A stretch of 64,000 nucleotides of DNA, from the NCBI GenBank assembly GCA_030704615.1, contig CM060733.1, positions 44,702,001 through 44,766,000 on the forward strand, given 5' to 3'. Positions 37,265 to 50,120 of this stretch are shown piece after piece (the first letter of the stretch is position 1; every line of letters begins with the position of its first letter). The stretch is from Takakia lepidozioides (Eukaryota > Plantae > Bryophyta). The notes below the pieces were generated by a model, which saw only the letters and a list, made by a program, of their open reading frames with translations, was not told where the DNA came from and made no database searches. Made by a program: the position numbers and the translations under genes.

Positions 37265-37535
37265 CAAGACCGTTTGTGGTTCCAAGACCTGGAGTGCTGG
37301 AGTTTCTTCGACTTGCATTGACTCATTTTCATATAGCGATTTGTCTTGCTCTGAGAAGGATACTGTATTGATCAAGATGTTGGAGTGTTTTATTCCTCTG
37401 GAAATTATGAAACAATTTCGATTTATATGGTCTGCCGAGCATTGCACAGATACAGCTGGACATATTAAGCCTGGAATGAAATATCTTATTAAAGATATTA
37501 AGAGTATTCTTGTAAAATTTATTGGGAAAGAATTG
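37265..37535 (+). pseudogene. Second FCP1/NIF-like domain fragment at the CACTA target site
   Basis: RPFVVPRPGVLEFLRLALTHFHIAI, then a frameshift, then SCS...FRFIWSAEHC...KDI. Confidence 0.6.
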
Positions 37536-38650
37536 TCGGGGTTTCGCGCACTTCTTGGCCGTGTGCCCGGGCTCCCAGCAATTAGAGCACACCCCATCAA
37601 AGGTCGCCTTCTGTCCGCCATAAGCCGCCGCACCTGATTTTCCTTTCGGAGCACCAAGTGCGGCCTTGACGTGCGAAGATCCTCCCTTCGATGTCAATGT
37701 GCCATTGTCGCCGCGTGGCCTATCCCACTTCTTTTCCGGTCAGAAGGAGTCACCCTCCCGCCGGACCTTCTTGTGGTTCAGCTCCGTATGGCCCTGTCTT
37801 TCGCCCCTAGGGACATCCGAGAAACATTCAGCCCTTTCAATTGCCTCGTTCAAAGTCTTTAGTGGCATCTCCTCCAACTTCCGCCTGGCCCATGGGGCCA
37901 GTCCCGCCACAAAGTTGAAGACCATTTCTGGTTTCGCCATATCCGCGGCTTCGAGCAATAACATATTGAAAGCCTAAACATATCCCCAAATGTCATCCGT
38001 TTGCTTCAAGTTCCTCATCTTGTCTCGCGCGAGCCAGGACGCATTGAGGGGCACAAACTATTTTTTCATAAGTTCCTTGAACCCACTCCAGCTCAAGGTT
38101 TCTGGGTTTGGCCCTTGGTCATGAAGGTGCTTCTGCCACCATTGTTGAGCATAACCCCTCAAATAGGTGGGAGCCACTTCCACTCGATCCTCGTCACTCA
38201 ATTTGGCCGCCCGAAAGTATTGCTTCAGCTCCAAGAGGCAAGTGTTGAGTGCCTTCCGATTTTGGATGCCCTCGAAGGTGTCGAGTTCCTTAGGCTTCAT
38301 CTTAAACTTTGCTGTAGTGGAAGTGGCGTTAGCCGCCATCATCACGTTTTTCAACGTCCCGCCAAACTGCGCCAACAACCCTTCCCAAAAGGCTGCTGGC
38401 AAGGGAGATTCTTGTTGGTCTGGCGGAGCCTTTGGGAAGTCCTCGGGCTCCGACTCCCCAAAATCCTCCCGTTCGGGAGTAGCCTCGCTTTCAGGATCAT
38501 AGATCACCTCTTCATTTTGCCGCTTCGGTGACACGTCGCTCCCACCGGGCTCACCAGGATCATCGTCTTTCGGGCCGTTCCGCTTTTGCTTTGTCTTGCC
38601 CGACCCCATGGTGAGGCCGATCTCAAGGATGATCGCGTACTAAACTCTAA

Positions 38651-38662
38651 GCTCTGATACCA
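38651..38662 (-). promoter_or_regulatory. tRNA-Met(i) primer binding site
   Basis: TGGTATCAGAGC on the minus strand. Confidence 0.9.
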
Positions 38663-38664
38663 AG

Positions 38665-39373
38665 TGTCGCGCACCATACCAGTTCCCCTTCAAGTCATAG
38701 TTATTCGCTTTGATGCGCGCGCCTAACTCCCAAACTAGCCACCGGGCCAACTCGGAGCTTTGGCTGTAACAGTCCCCCTCACACTCCCACTTGACCCTCA
38801 ACTTGTTGGGCTTAGTGGAATTTCCCTTTAGTAGATGGCAGTCCGGAACAGCTCCCCAAACCTTGGTCGCTTTCCGGCTCGCACTCTTACGCTCACTAGT
38901 TTTTTGTCACCAACGGGCTTACACCGTTCTCGGGGTTACCACTCTCTATATATACTTCTGTAGGTGTCCACGGGGGTTCCGCAAGTAGCCCAGTCCAAAT
39001 CTAGTGCACCACCACTTAGATCCTCGATCGTCCCAGTGGTGAGCCGCGGTGAGTCTTGGCCCACCCACCACGGCCCCAATGGACCGTGATGAGTCCCAAG
39101 ACTACCCACGATTCCCACCAAAAGGCCTCAGCCTCATGGTGAGTCCTATGCCACCCCCACTATGACTCCCTACGCTACCACCATCCCTCTTGGAGCCCCC
39201 ACCACCGCCCCCCGGTTTGCGGGGCTCCACCTAGTGAGCGCAACCGCTTCCTTGGGTGCCTTCGGCACTCAAGGGTGCTTCAACCCCCTTTCCTATTTGC
39301 TGCCATTGCCCCCACCACAGGGGCAGCCCTGCTTGTGTCCCGACCCCCTGCCCTCAAGGCAAAGGCCGCGACA
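38665..39373 (-). repeat. LTR (709 bp)
   Basis: Termini TGTCGCG...CGCGACA, followed after 2 nt by the PBS. Confidence 0.9.
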
Positions 39374-40004
39374 CTGAACATCTTCGTTTTTCGACCTCCT
39401 CGTATCGAACATTTGAGTTACGCCCCCAGCTTTGAATCTTCTCTTGTTAGTGCAGTTTAATGCTATGTGATCTACTTCTCCGCAATAGAGGCATAATCCA
39501 TTTGAACGTCGTCTTTGTTTTTCTTGTGGCGTCAATGGCTTGAATTGGACATCATCAATCTGCATAAGATCACTACCAGATGTTTGATGGATCGTTGCGT
39601 TTGGTGCCGTAGTAGCAGCGGCATGATGCATCGTCAACCATCTAGATTGCTTCTCTTGACGACTTTCGAACAAACGATTATCGTATACAATGACTTGGGT
39701 GATGAATTCGCTCAGTGTACTCACGTTTGGCATTGTCAGCAATAAATATTTTACATCATCTTTTAGCCTACATCGAAACTGACTAATTAAACTCTTCTCA
39801 TTCCAGTCGAGGTCGCACGCAAGTTGTCAAAATTCGGCAGCATAAAGGGAAACATGACGTGCTCATTGTCGAAGATTTCGCATCTTTGTCTCTGCAACCC
39901 TCTCTCTATCTTTCTCTCCAAACGTTGCAGTGAACTCGGACACGAACGCTTCAAAATTACATAGTAAATGCGATTTTTTTTTTTCCCCTAATAGCGGTGC
40001 AAAC
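39374..40004 (-). pseudogene. Gypsy (chromovirus-type) gag fragment
   Basis: MQID...LTPQEKQRRRSNGLCLYCGEVDHIALNC, with stops upstream. Confidence 0.8.
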
Positions 40005-40630
40005 TGTAAAGGACGAGAACATGACTAAACACAAAACAAGATATCAGACTAGAGGTACAAGACTAGACAAGTAGTCAAGGTCGGCGTGGCCGAATGCATG
40101 ATGAGTAAACATGAATCAAGATTATCTTTATAACAATGGACAAGAGTACAAGATATTGAAACTCGACTTGAATACTGGAATGCTGGAAACTGGACTAGAG
40201 TACCAGATACTGGAAACTGGACTAGAGTACCAGGTACTGGAAACTAGACTAGAGTACTGGAACTGGAAACAAGAGTAGCTTGTATTGGTTGTTGGCAAGA
40301 CTGAAGAGTGTCCAGTCTCGCCTCCTATATATATTGGCTACTAGGAAGTTCCCTAAGAAGCTTCCCCAATGGAGGTTACTTGCTGGAGAAGTTTCCAACT
40401 TTAAGCAAAGGTTTCTTGATGGAGAAGCTTCCTTAAACAAATGAGGTATCTTGATGGAGAATTTCCCTCAAAAGAAGCTTCCTCAGCAGTTTCCCAAGTT
40501 ACTCTCGATAATTTGATAAACTTTCGGTAACTTGGTAACTAATGATAACTTATGGTAAATCATGGTAACTTTTGGTAACATGATAATTTGATAACTTTAG
40601 GTATTTACTCCTGGTAAGTTCCTCTAGGCT
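40005..40630. repeat. Probable LTR fragment with short tandem repeats
   Basis: Starts TGTAAAGG. Contains about 26-bp TACTGGAAACTGGACTAGAGTACCAG repeats, GGTAACT repeats and a TATATATA motif. Confidence 0.4.
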
Positions 40631-40632
40631 AT

Positions 40633-42570
40633 GTGCACCAAATAGGACTAAACATTTTGCAGCACGTGACTATGAGGCAGGTCATCACTAAGCTCAGGAA
40701 AAGATTGGCCTTTTGGTGCTCGGTGATGTTGTCGATTGTGGGGCCGAGCTCTGGTGGTCAACTAGATTCTAGAGGCTTCTACATGGTTTTGTACTGCAGT
40801 TTGGGACCCAGACAAAACCCTTACCAAGGAGATTAAAGCCCTGGTTAGGAACTTCCTCTGGGGGGCCACACCAGCGGCACCAACAAAAAGAGCCCTTATC
40901 TCATGGGACCATCTCTGTCAAAGAAACGCAAGGGGGGGCTGGGCATAATTGATCCGGGTTCTCAAATCAAGGCCCTGCTGGCGAAGTGGATTCCCAGAGC
41001 TCTCAAGCACAGGCACAGCCCATGGAGCAAGTTAGTTCAGTCTTACCTGGTGGGATCTATCCCTCAATCCTCCCCCCTCTGGATGCAGTCCCTGAGATGG
41101 ATTGTTTAGGGCAGCAATTCAAGATCCTCGCTAGGCTCAGGTCCCTGACAGTCAATTTGGAAAGCATAACACACTTTGAGAGGCAACCTATCTCAGAGAA
41201 TGCCGCTTAACCCCCAAGAATATATGAGGCAACCGATTTTTGCTAACTACAATATGGACTCTGATTGCCTAGTATGTCAAACCCCGAGATGGGCTTTCTG
41301 GGAAAGCATGGGTTTCACCCATATTGCTAACACCAGAACATAGAGAATGTTCTTTTCACAGGCAGAGGTGGCAGTGGCAGTGGGGAATAGAAGAGCCAAG
41401 ACATGGGATACAATACTCGCAAACGTGCCTGACTACATGAACCCATTACTGGCCTAGGACGGACAAAACTGCACCACTCCAGCTTGGATGGCCAAAATGC
41501 AAGGAAGACAACCCCTGGTTATTTTGGTCTTTTCTTTTAATCAGTCCATGGCTTCGGGCCTGCACTTCACTGTCTCCTTGGATGACTCCCTATCATACCA
41601 GGGTCACATTGAGCTGGACAAAGCATCTTTGCAACATATAATAGTGATTGACAGCGAAGGGAATGTGAATCCTACTCCCCCAATGGGCCTGGATATCCAA
41701 TGGGCCAGACAAATTTCTCTCTTTTGGTTTCTGGCCTCCCCCCTGGCAGATCTGCAATTTGATCCAGGCGAGTGGTCCTGGATGGATAGGAAACACACAT
41801 TTTTCGCATACACAGTCAAGCTGGGCTACGCAACCCTCAAGCCACCCACTTCTTTCATTGCAAAATGGAACACTAAATGGAGCTGATACCGCCTTGTCTA
41901 AAGGGATTGGGACAAGATCTGGAAGGACATCTGGAGAAAAGACAGGGCGGCCAAGGTCTCTGCCTTTTTGTGGAAATTGGCCCATAGAATTTACCAGTCA
42001 TACAAGCAACAAACGAGGACACGCCTCAGTGCACTTGTTGTCAATCGCAACCAGAAACGATTGATCACTGCCTCATAACCTGTAATCTGTCTTCCAGGGT
42101 CTGGCGGGTGGTATTGACCTTCTTCTCCAATTGGGATTCTTTTCCTTCCCCACCACCTTACTCTCTGCTGCTTCTTAATTTCTTACCCTCCTAGCCCCTC
42201 AATGCTTGCCCAATTTGGGCAGCCCTTAGAGCCTATACTTTATGGAATATATGGAAAGCTAGATGTAAATGGGTTTTTGAGGGTAAACCCCCCAGGGGCA
42301 GATCATGTTTCATACATACCATGATCTGTTGACTGAGGGGAAAAAAGCCTGGGGGAATGTTTGTGCAGCTATTCCTAGAACTTCGGAGCAACGGGGGAGG
42401 AAGCTGTTCCAAGACGCCCATGACTCCTGGGGCAAAGGCAACGTGCTCGGCTCCAGTCTTCCCAACCTTCAATTTGGCAACAAGCAGTCCCCCCACAATG
42501 GGAGGTCCCCAGGTGACGGGGAAGATGCTGATTTCAGCTGGCATCATAGAAGGAGATGAAATAAAAGAAT
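40633..42570 (+). mobile_element. L1/Tx1-type LINE, 3' fragment, degenerate
   Basis: RNFLWG..ISWDHLC..KRKGGLGI...ALLAKW, zf-RVT-like FLWKLAHRI..ETIDHCLITC and TLWNIWKARC. Confidence 0.85.
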
Positions 42571-43137
42571 ATATGGATATATTTTTTCAATCTCTTGGGC
42601 TTTTCTCCGTATAATAATTTGTTTTATTGGCGTAGGCTAGAGATACAAAGTTCAAAACTCAGCTTAAATTCTGATGCTTACATCACCGCGGTCACCGTGA
42701 TGCCTCTCTCGTTTCTAAATCCTGCGAACTATCTTATGCTCCCCTTTGTCTTTAAAAAAAAAAAAAAAAAAACCCAGAACTTAGATATTGGGTGAGGTTT
42801 TGAACGCATTGCTCGAGGACAGTAACCGTCCACGATGAGAAATCCTAGGCGTTCACCCGGGCTGATCAGCAGCCGCCGTGATTCGCCCATGTGTGTGGTC
42901 GCGGCTGATATCCGCTTGGTGGGTCCCACATGCCCGTCCGCTGGCTGATCAGCCCTTGCGGAAGGGCCCATGTGCGCAGGCCGAGAGTAGAGAGGCATCT
43001 TGTGAGCCTTCAGTGTGTAATCTTTGGCTGTGCCTGCTTGCCTGCCCTTGCACTGTGGCCAGGGCTTGCTTGAGCTCTACTACATTTCGCTGGCATTTTC
43101 GTGGTGCAACAACTGTGGTCGGTGACAGAGGGAAGAA

Positions 43138-45361
43138 ATGGCGTGTGTGGCGGCATTGGCTGGCACATCAGTGCCCGCTGCAGTGACCTCCTCGGCTTCG
43201 GTCCCGCGCTCGGCTGTTGGCTCGTCCTCACCCGTTTCTCTTTTCCGACGAAGAAGTTTCAATGGCGGGGCTGCGAGGCTGACTTCCCGAAGAGCAGGTT
43301 TTGTTTCCCCTTTCTGTGTGTTCTGATCGTGTGAGAGAAGCAGTCAGCGAAACGTGGTTCTTGGCAGGGTACAATTTTCGGGTGTACTTGAACCCTGTTT
43401 GATGTGTTTAGACAAATCGGAAACCTATTCTTGAAAATCTGGGCGTTATACCCCTGAAATAGAATTTGTGAGATCTGACTCCGTCGGCTTGATGTGATTG
43501 TTTTCTAGTCGTAATGCATAAGTCTTTTCTAGCATTGTGAGATCACATATGTGAATTGGTTGGGATGTTTCTAAAGGTTATGGCCATTGGGAGCAATATC
43601 TTACATGCTGCTCCTTCCTGCTCATCATGCTCGATAAAGATTGGAACGATTTTTTTATTTCCTGTTAACGAAAGTCGAACTCGTGCAGGTATTCGTTCAT
43701 GTAGAACACCTATAGAGCTGAACCTAGCATGCGTGTTGTGTGTTATTAGACATTGAAGATTTTTTTGCTAGGATAACCAATTCAACACTCGAGCAATCAA
43801 GAATACAGGGAGCAAGACCAAGATATCAGGGGCTCAAGTGGAGTACACCTTTTTTGATTGGTTCTATTACTGTTGCGCATCATCTCGGCATTTTCCACCT
43901 GAAACATTATCTACAGATCATTGGGCTGTAGCTAGCCTGTTTGAAATGTTCAAAGCAGTCCCCCAGTATTTCGCTAACAATACCTGCTTATGCCATAGAG
44001 ACAAGGAGGCTTCAACCCTTTCTTATCCGAGGAGCATCATCTGAGGAGACCACACCAGATGTGACAAAGCAAGTGGACGAGCTCTTGAGCGACCTAAAGG
44101 CCAAGGTCAGCTTTGCATGAATCTCACCTACTAGCAAGTGTAGCCCTTTTGGGAGGAAGTTGTACGGACAATTTGACATGGGACCTGCAATTTGGTATAT
44201 TAAATGTAATGTAGTTTCTATGTAAAGTCCTGCCAATTCTGAGATACAGAGGTCATAGGACAAAGATGAAGGGGCTCAAAAAGGTCTATGGCAGGTGGCG
44301 GTGTAATCACTGTGGTTTGACATTTATTTTTTGTGCTCCTCGTCCATTGTTAACATTTTCTTCAATCGGAGAACCACTGAATCTCAGATTTGTCAGGTTG
44401 TCCCATCAGCATTGCAGCTTGCAGGTTTGGGTTACCTGATTGTCTTTTGTGCATGGATGTACAGTGGGATAGCGTGGAGGACAAGAGTCCGCTGGCTATC
44501 TATGGCGGTGGTGCACTTGTGGCGCTATGGCTCTCATCCACCATTGTTGGTGCTATTAATGCTGTGCCATTGGTACCATTCCAAGAACCCATGTTCCCAG
44601 ATGTTAGGACTTGTTCTAAGTTTTTCCTTTTTTGTGAACCGGGAAGTATATTGTTTTCCTTCATAATGGGGAAGTTGTAGGAGCATTCTTAGGCATTTAA
44701 CTTGCAAAATTATGTATAGCTGTCTGGTAGTGAGCTTATTGGTGATGGCAACTCGGTTCTGTTTGCATTCTTCAGATATGAATTTGTATTGAACTGATTG
44801 AAAGACTCTAAGGTCTCTCTCTCTCTCTACACTTTGGAGGGGAAATGGCAGATAAAGTAATACATTCCGTTAAGTTCAAGTAGGTCCCAATGTGACGATG
44901 TACTTTTGTTTGAACAGCTTCCCAAAGTCATGGAGCTGGTTGGTCTCGCCTATACTGGGTGGTTTATTTATCGCTACTTGCTTTTCAAGGTGAGCTCTAC
45001 TTTGCTGTACTAGCGTCACACCTCTTCCCTTTTCCTTGATGGAGACATGCAAGCAGGTGGATTTAAACAATCAGTTGGTGTGAGTGGTTGAATTGCTTAG
45101 GCTTTTGTCTAAAGGGAGTGGAGGGTGGGGGTGCCCTTACCTGGTTATCCCCACTAGCAAATTCTGATGTGAGAAAGTTATTTGCTTTGTGGTTGCATGA
45201 GTTCAACGTCTCTCATCTGAGTACTAATTGATTCACGTGCTCTGATTGAAGTTGCTCATGAGTACATTTTGCTATTGCAGTCAAGTCGGGCTGAGCTTGC
45301 TGTTGATATCAAGGAGTTGAAGTCAAAGATCACTGGCGTGAAGGATGAGATACAAGGGTAG
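43138..45361 (+). CDS. CURT1A: CURVATURE THYLAKOID 1 (CAAD domain) protein, CURT1A-like, with a likely transit peptide
   Basis: Exons 43138-43297, 43999-44105, 44465-44572, 44918-44989 and 45281-45361. Motifs DLKAKWDSVEDK..YGGGALVALWLSS.IVGAINAVPLLPKVMELVGLAYTGWFIYRYLLFKSSR. Confidence 0.95.
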
Positions 45362-47439
45362 GTAAGTGCTGGAAAGGAGGCGTCCATTTGCCCTCCCATG
45401 TAATTTGTAGCCGTCAGATCCAGGGTTACGGAGTAAGGGAGTTCTGGAGGCTCCCTTTCACCCCCAGCCGCCCCTTTATTAGTCCAATTGAATCCTACAT
45501 TTACAGTTCTCTTAGAAAGAGTAGCCCCTCAAGTCTTAGTCATACCGTTCAGGATTTTTTGTGGAAACTTTTATGGCTGTCGTGGTGAATTGATGACATC
45601 AAGTTTATGCAATACTATCTCTTCCATATCTTTTGTCATGATCTCATCATGTTGGTCAGCCAGTTGTCATAGTAGCAGTCACTGCCCTCCATGATGATGA
45701 TATTTATTAGGTTAAGGTGGCATTATGTGATTTGGTTGTTTCAAATGAAGGTCTGGTGTTTACCCCGCATTTCTTTTGCATCAGGGAATCCATCAACTCA
45801 GACTACAAAATGAATACAAGATTAGTGCGGGGAGTGTGAACTGTTCTGATTTGCTTAGCGATATTTCTGTGCATTCTTGCAAATTGGCATGAAGTCTATT
45901 AAGAATATGTGTCACAACCAGATGTAGCTGACTGATTTGTATGTTGGTCCTAGGTGGTGCATAAAGAAGGCATGGTAAAATATCAGCTGGTTTCCATGGC
46001 AGTGTGAAACATCGGAATCTGGCCTGGGTCCTGTCCTCCAAATCATGAAAATTCCATTTGCATTTGCACTTAGGTGTAGTATAATATGAAACTAATTGCG
46101 CAGCTATGGTTCATTTTGCATTTTTAGGGGGCCCTTTGGACAGTGCCCTCTAGGTCGTTGCATAAATTCTAGATATTGAGTTGATAATAGGATTGAGAGG
46201 CTCAATTGATGATCCTCCTATACTTAACCCCTATCTGCTAGGGCCCATATACTTCATTGTTGATCTAAATGAAAAAGTCTGGGAAAGGGGCATTGGATTC
46301 TTCATCCACCTAAGCGCAGGGCAGCGATCGTGTGTTTGAGAACAGGGAGCTGGGGACACAAGCCAAAATGAACCAAAAAAGAACACAAAATGATATTTGA
46401 CCAGCTCTCGTGTTTGTGGATCTTGGCAAAATTTAATAGGCAGTAGATGCACTATGTGGTGAGGAACATATGCCCAAAAATTCATGATAGATGGTTGGGA
46501 TTATGTCATCCAAACCCTTGGAAAATAAACATTTATGGTGGTAAAGTAAAACTGCACCTACAAAGGTGTTACACAATCAATTGTGGAGATGTATGGGATC
46601 TTCTCAAATTGCTCTTTTAACCCTTAAACGATAAGCTGTTTCCCCAAAAGCGTATATACCTTCATGGATGAGGGCATATCTCCCGGGCCCAAACATCCAG
46701 GGAAATGAACCTTACAAACTTTCATCCTACCTACTATATGTACCTACCTGCAAAATTACAGAGTTTTTGACCGTTCCAATTGTTATAGCCTCTCATTTTA
46801 CAATAATTGGGACGTTATGGCGCTTGCGCGAGCTGACCGGTGGGCCCCGCGCACGGACGCCCGGCTTCCCCCCCCCCGCCCCCAGTTGGTCGCCCAGCTG
46901 CTGCTGCGGCCCCACCAGCCGCGCCCCCAATCCGGCGCGGCCAGTCCGCCCACCAGTCCGCTGCCCGTGAGTCCAATTCCCCTCGGTCCGCCAAACCGCC
47001 AGTCTGCCGTGCACGCCGGTTTGCTGTGCCAGTCCCCGCAAGTCCACCCAACAGTCTGCTGTGCCCGCCTGCAGCTGCCAGTCCACGCCGGCTGAAGGAT
47101 CTGGATCGTCCATTCTGAGAAACCCATCCGCGCCATCCATGCCAGTCCGCTGTGCCAGTCCTGGCCAGTCCACCCAACAGTCTGCCCGCCAGTCCGCCGC
47201 CCATGAGTCCGTTTTCATCCAGTCCACTGATGATGGCGCATCTGGACCGTCCGTTCGCAAATGCCATCTGAGCCCTCCATTTTTAGGGCATGAATTCAAA
47301 CCTTATCCCTGCCGCCTGCCACTTGCCAGCAGCCGCAAACGTGCACACTGATGCTCTTTGCACGTTGTCCATCGTGTCTAGTATATTGCGGTGCGTTTCT
47401 TGCAGGTTCTGAAGCGTATCCTCTGTACTGTACAAGGTA

Positions 47440-47765
47440 TGGACGTGGAAGCAGAAGGTGATGATATACTAAAAACGGGATGCCGGATTATACGGCCTCT
47501 TCGACAAAGTTTGCAAACACCCAAACCAGGACCCTTCAACACGAAGGACCTCCAATAAAAAAGAGACACGCAATATGGTTATATGGGTGCCAGACAGAAT
47601 GTGCTGAAGGCTTGCATACCGTGGGATAGAGTTGATGACTTTCTCCTTGGAGAGGAGAGTTTGGTGGACTACCCCACTCAGTTTTGGGTGAATGTCCATA
47701 CTAAAGTGCAACCCGGCATGCTAAAAGAGCCGAGAGTCAGCAACTCTCTGAACAATATCATGTGT
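47440..47765 (+). pseudogene. N-terminal fragment of a plant MULE-derived SWIM zinc-finger family protein
   Basis: LQTPKPGPFNTKDL...ACIPWDRVDDFLLGEE...PTQFWV resembles the IPxxRVDDFVxGE...PTxF motif of that family. Confidence 0.55.
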
Positions 47766-47789
47766 CCACCATCCAAACTCGTAGGAGGG

Positions 47790-48240
47790 CGAGTAAACCT
47801 TGTGTCAGCAAGGGAGTGGGCCGTGGAAGAGCCGCACGAGCCCCAATTTTGGGCACAAATTATCTCTTCATCAATTCCTTGAATCCACTCTAGTTCAAGG
47901 TTTCCGGGCTTGGACCTCGGTCGTGAAGGCGTTTTTGCCACCATTTTTTAGCATAGCCCCTCAAATAGGTGGGAGCCACTTCCACCCGATCCTCGTCACT
48001 CAACTTGGCCGCCCGGAAGTACTGCTCTAGCTCCAATAGCTAGGTGTTGAGTGCCTTCCGATTTTGGACGCCCTCGAAGGTGTCGGGTTCCTTAGGCTTC
48101 ACCTTAAACTTTGCCTTAGTGGAAGTGGCATTAGCCGCCTGCAACACGTCTTTCAACGTCTCGCCAAATTGCGCCAACAACCCTTCCCAAAAGGCTGCCG
48201 GCGTGGGAGACATCTGTTGGTTCGTCGAAGCTCTCAGGAA
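47790..48240 (-). pseudogene. gag fragment paralogous to 38000-38420
   Basis: PAAFWEGLLAQFG..KFKVKPKEPDTFEGVQNRKALNT, with clear DNA similarity. Confidence 0.9.
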
Positions 48241-50120
48241 TTCCTCAGGAGCCTGATTAAAAGTATAGCTCTTGTGGGTCCCAGTGGGGAGGGTGTAAAG
48301 AACTCGTGGGTCCAAGTGAGGAAGCACGTTGCGTAAAGGGAGATGCGTGGAACACATTCCGCCCTCATATAACTTAGGGTTGGTGTGGAGCCAGCCAGTG
48401 AGAAGGTGGAACCACATTAATATATATATATATATATATATATGCAACGAAAAGATTCAGTGTTGTGCGGGTAAATCATTTACCCAAATTTACCCGGAGG
48501 TTAAATCCGGGTCAGGGTAAACAATTTACCCGGGTTTGCCCATTTCATTTTCCCTTACATTTATTACCCTTCAGACGGGTAAATAATCTGAGTTACCCTT
48601 ACCCTCACATGTCTGAAGGATAAATAATTTCCATATACCCTCTACCCATAAGTAAGTGTGTCTTTTTTTTAGGGTAAATAGCAAAAGGGTGAATAAAAAT
48701 TCTTCTTAACCCCTAATGGACGAGGCTGTTTTTGGTGGACCCACTCCAAAACCGCACATACCCTCACAGATGAGGGTATATCTCCCACCTAAGAAACATC
48801 CACAGGGATGAACCGTGTGAAAGGGAGGCTACCTACCTCATGCACCTGCTGTAAAAATTCCAGCCCATTTCAGTGTGTAATTAGGAAGATTATAACAAAA
48901 TGGTAGCTCTAAATCTGTAGTGTATACCAATTTTAGAGGGAAAATTTGGTTTGACTAGGCAGTTGGACCAAAAAAATATTTTTTCCTTACAAGACCCAAT
49001 TCTCAGGCACCTAAAGCAACTTGCCCCAAATTTGCAAAGCAGAATTCCAAAATCTGCATAGGGTTCATTTGTATGGGAAAACAGGGGGGTCAAGAAGCAC
49101 TACTTACTTCAATTGACCTGTAATTCAGCCATAGGGGTCCAAATTGGCACTGGAACCAGAATTCCAACGGTGGAATTGTTCCTCCTATGATTTCCTACTA
49201 CCTCCAAAAAAAAATCTCTGAATTCTAACCAAAATGCAAGCAGAGATTTCTAAGTAGGTGCATTTCTACTTGAATCTCAGCTCAGGCCATGTATTGCTTG
49301 AGCCGGTAGACAATTCCGGCTACAAAAAGGGGGCCACGCCACCGATTTACACAGAAAACTTGGGGGACCCCAAAATTGACACCCAAAAAAGTGCTCGGGG
49401 ACGCTCGACGTTTCGGCGTTCCACCCGACAGGCAACTGAAAAACTAACAACTACCAACCGTCACGAATGTGGCCCATCTGTCTTGAAGCTCCCCGTGAGC
49501 ACTGAGCACCTGCTTTTCCTTTGAATGCAGCGAACCCAAACCATACACCATCCCGAAGACATGATCCACGAAATGGGGGGGACTTGAACCCCCCGATCTG
49601 CCCAGTGTGCAGACAAAACCACCCCCCCCCCCCCCCCAAAAAAAAACTGTGAAACCACCCAAATACAACGCACACACGCCAACACCGAAGGACCCCCATC
49701 ACCTCCACAACCCCTCAACCAGCAGCAGCAGATCCCCATCTCCCCCACAGCCTGTGAACCATCACTAGCCCTTCCCCCATCACCAAAACAACCCACAATG
49801 AGCAAGCAGCAGACCCCCATGACCCCCCACTCCCAAAACTGCCCATCAACCAGCAGCAGCATGACCCCTACACCCCTCCATTGCCCATGAACCATCACCA
49901 CCAGCCCCCCATGACCCCCAAACCCATCAACCAGCATGGACACACACAACCCCCCAACCTGAGAAGAACCCATACCCACCACAGATCAGAGATACCCACA
50001 CCCCATGCCCCACGCACACACGCCATCCACAGCCTCCAGTCCCACACCCCGGTGAACCCCCACCTATACAAACATATGCACACACAAAGAAAGAAGACAG
50101 TGCAGCAAGCCAGAATTCAG

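Larger units (their letters stand above)
37532..39373 (-). mobile_element. Truncated LTR retrotransposon: 5' LTR, PBS and gag
   Basis: gag ORFs 38058-38609, 37740-37964 and 37329-37697, including CSNCWEPGHTAKKC. Confidence 0.9.

Noticed and set aside
46793-47351. Overlapping GC-rich ORFs
   Set aside because: Low-complexity repeats open in several frames, with no recognisable domain.
48460-48705. TTACCC/GGGTAA-rich segment as telomeric repeat or MITE
   Set aside because: It is not a TTTAGGG tandem array, and I could not define a TIR pair or TSD.
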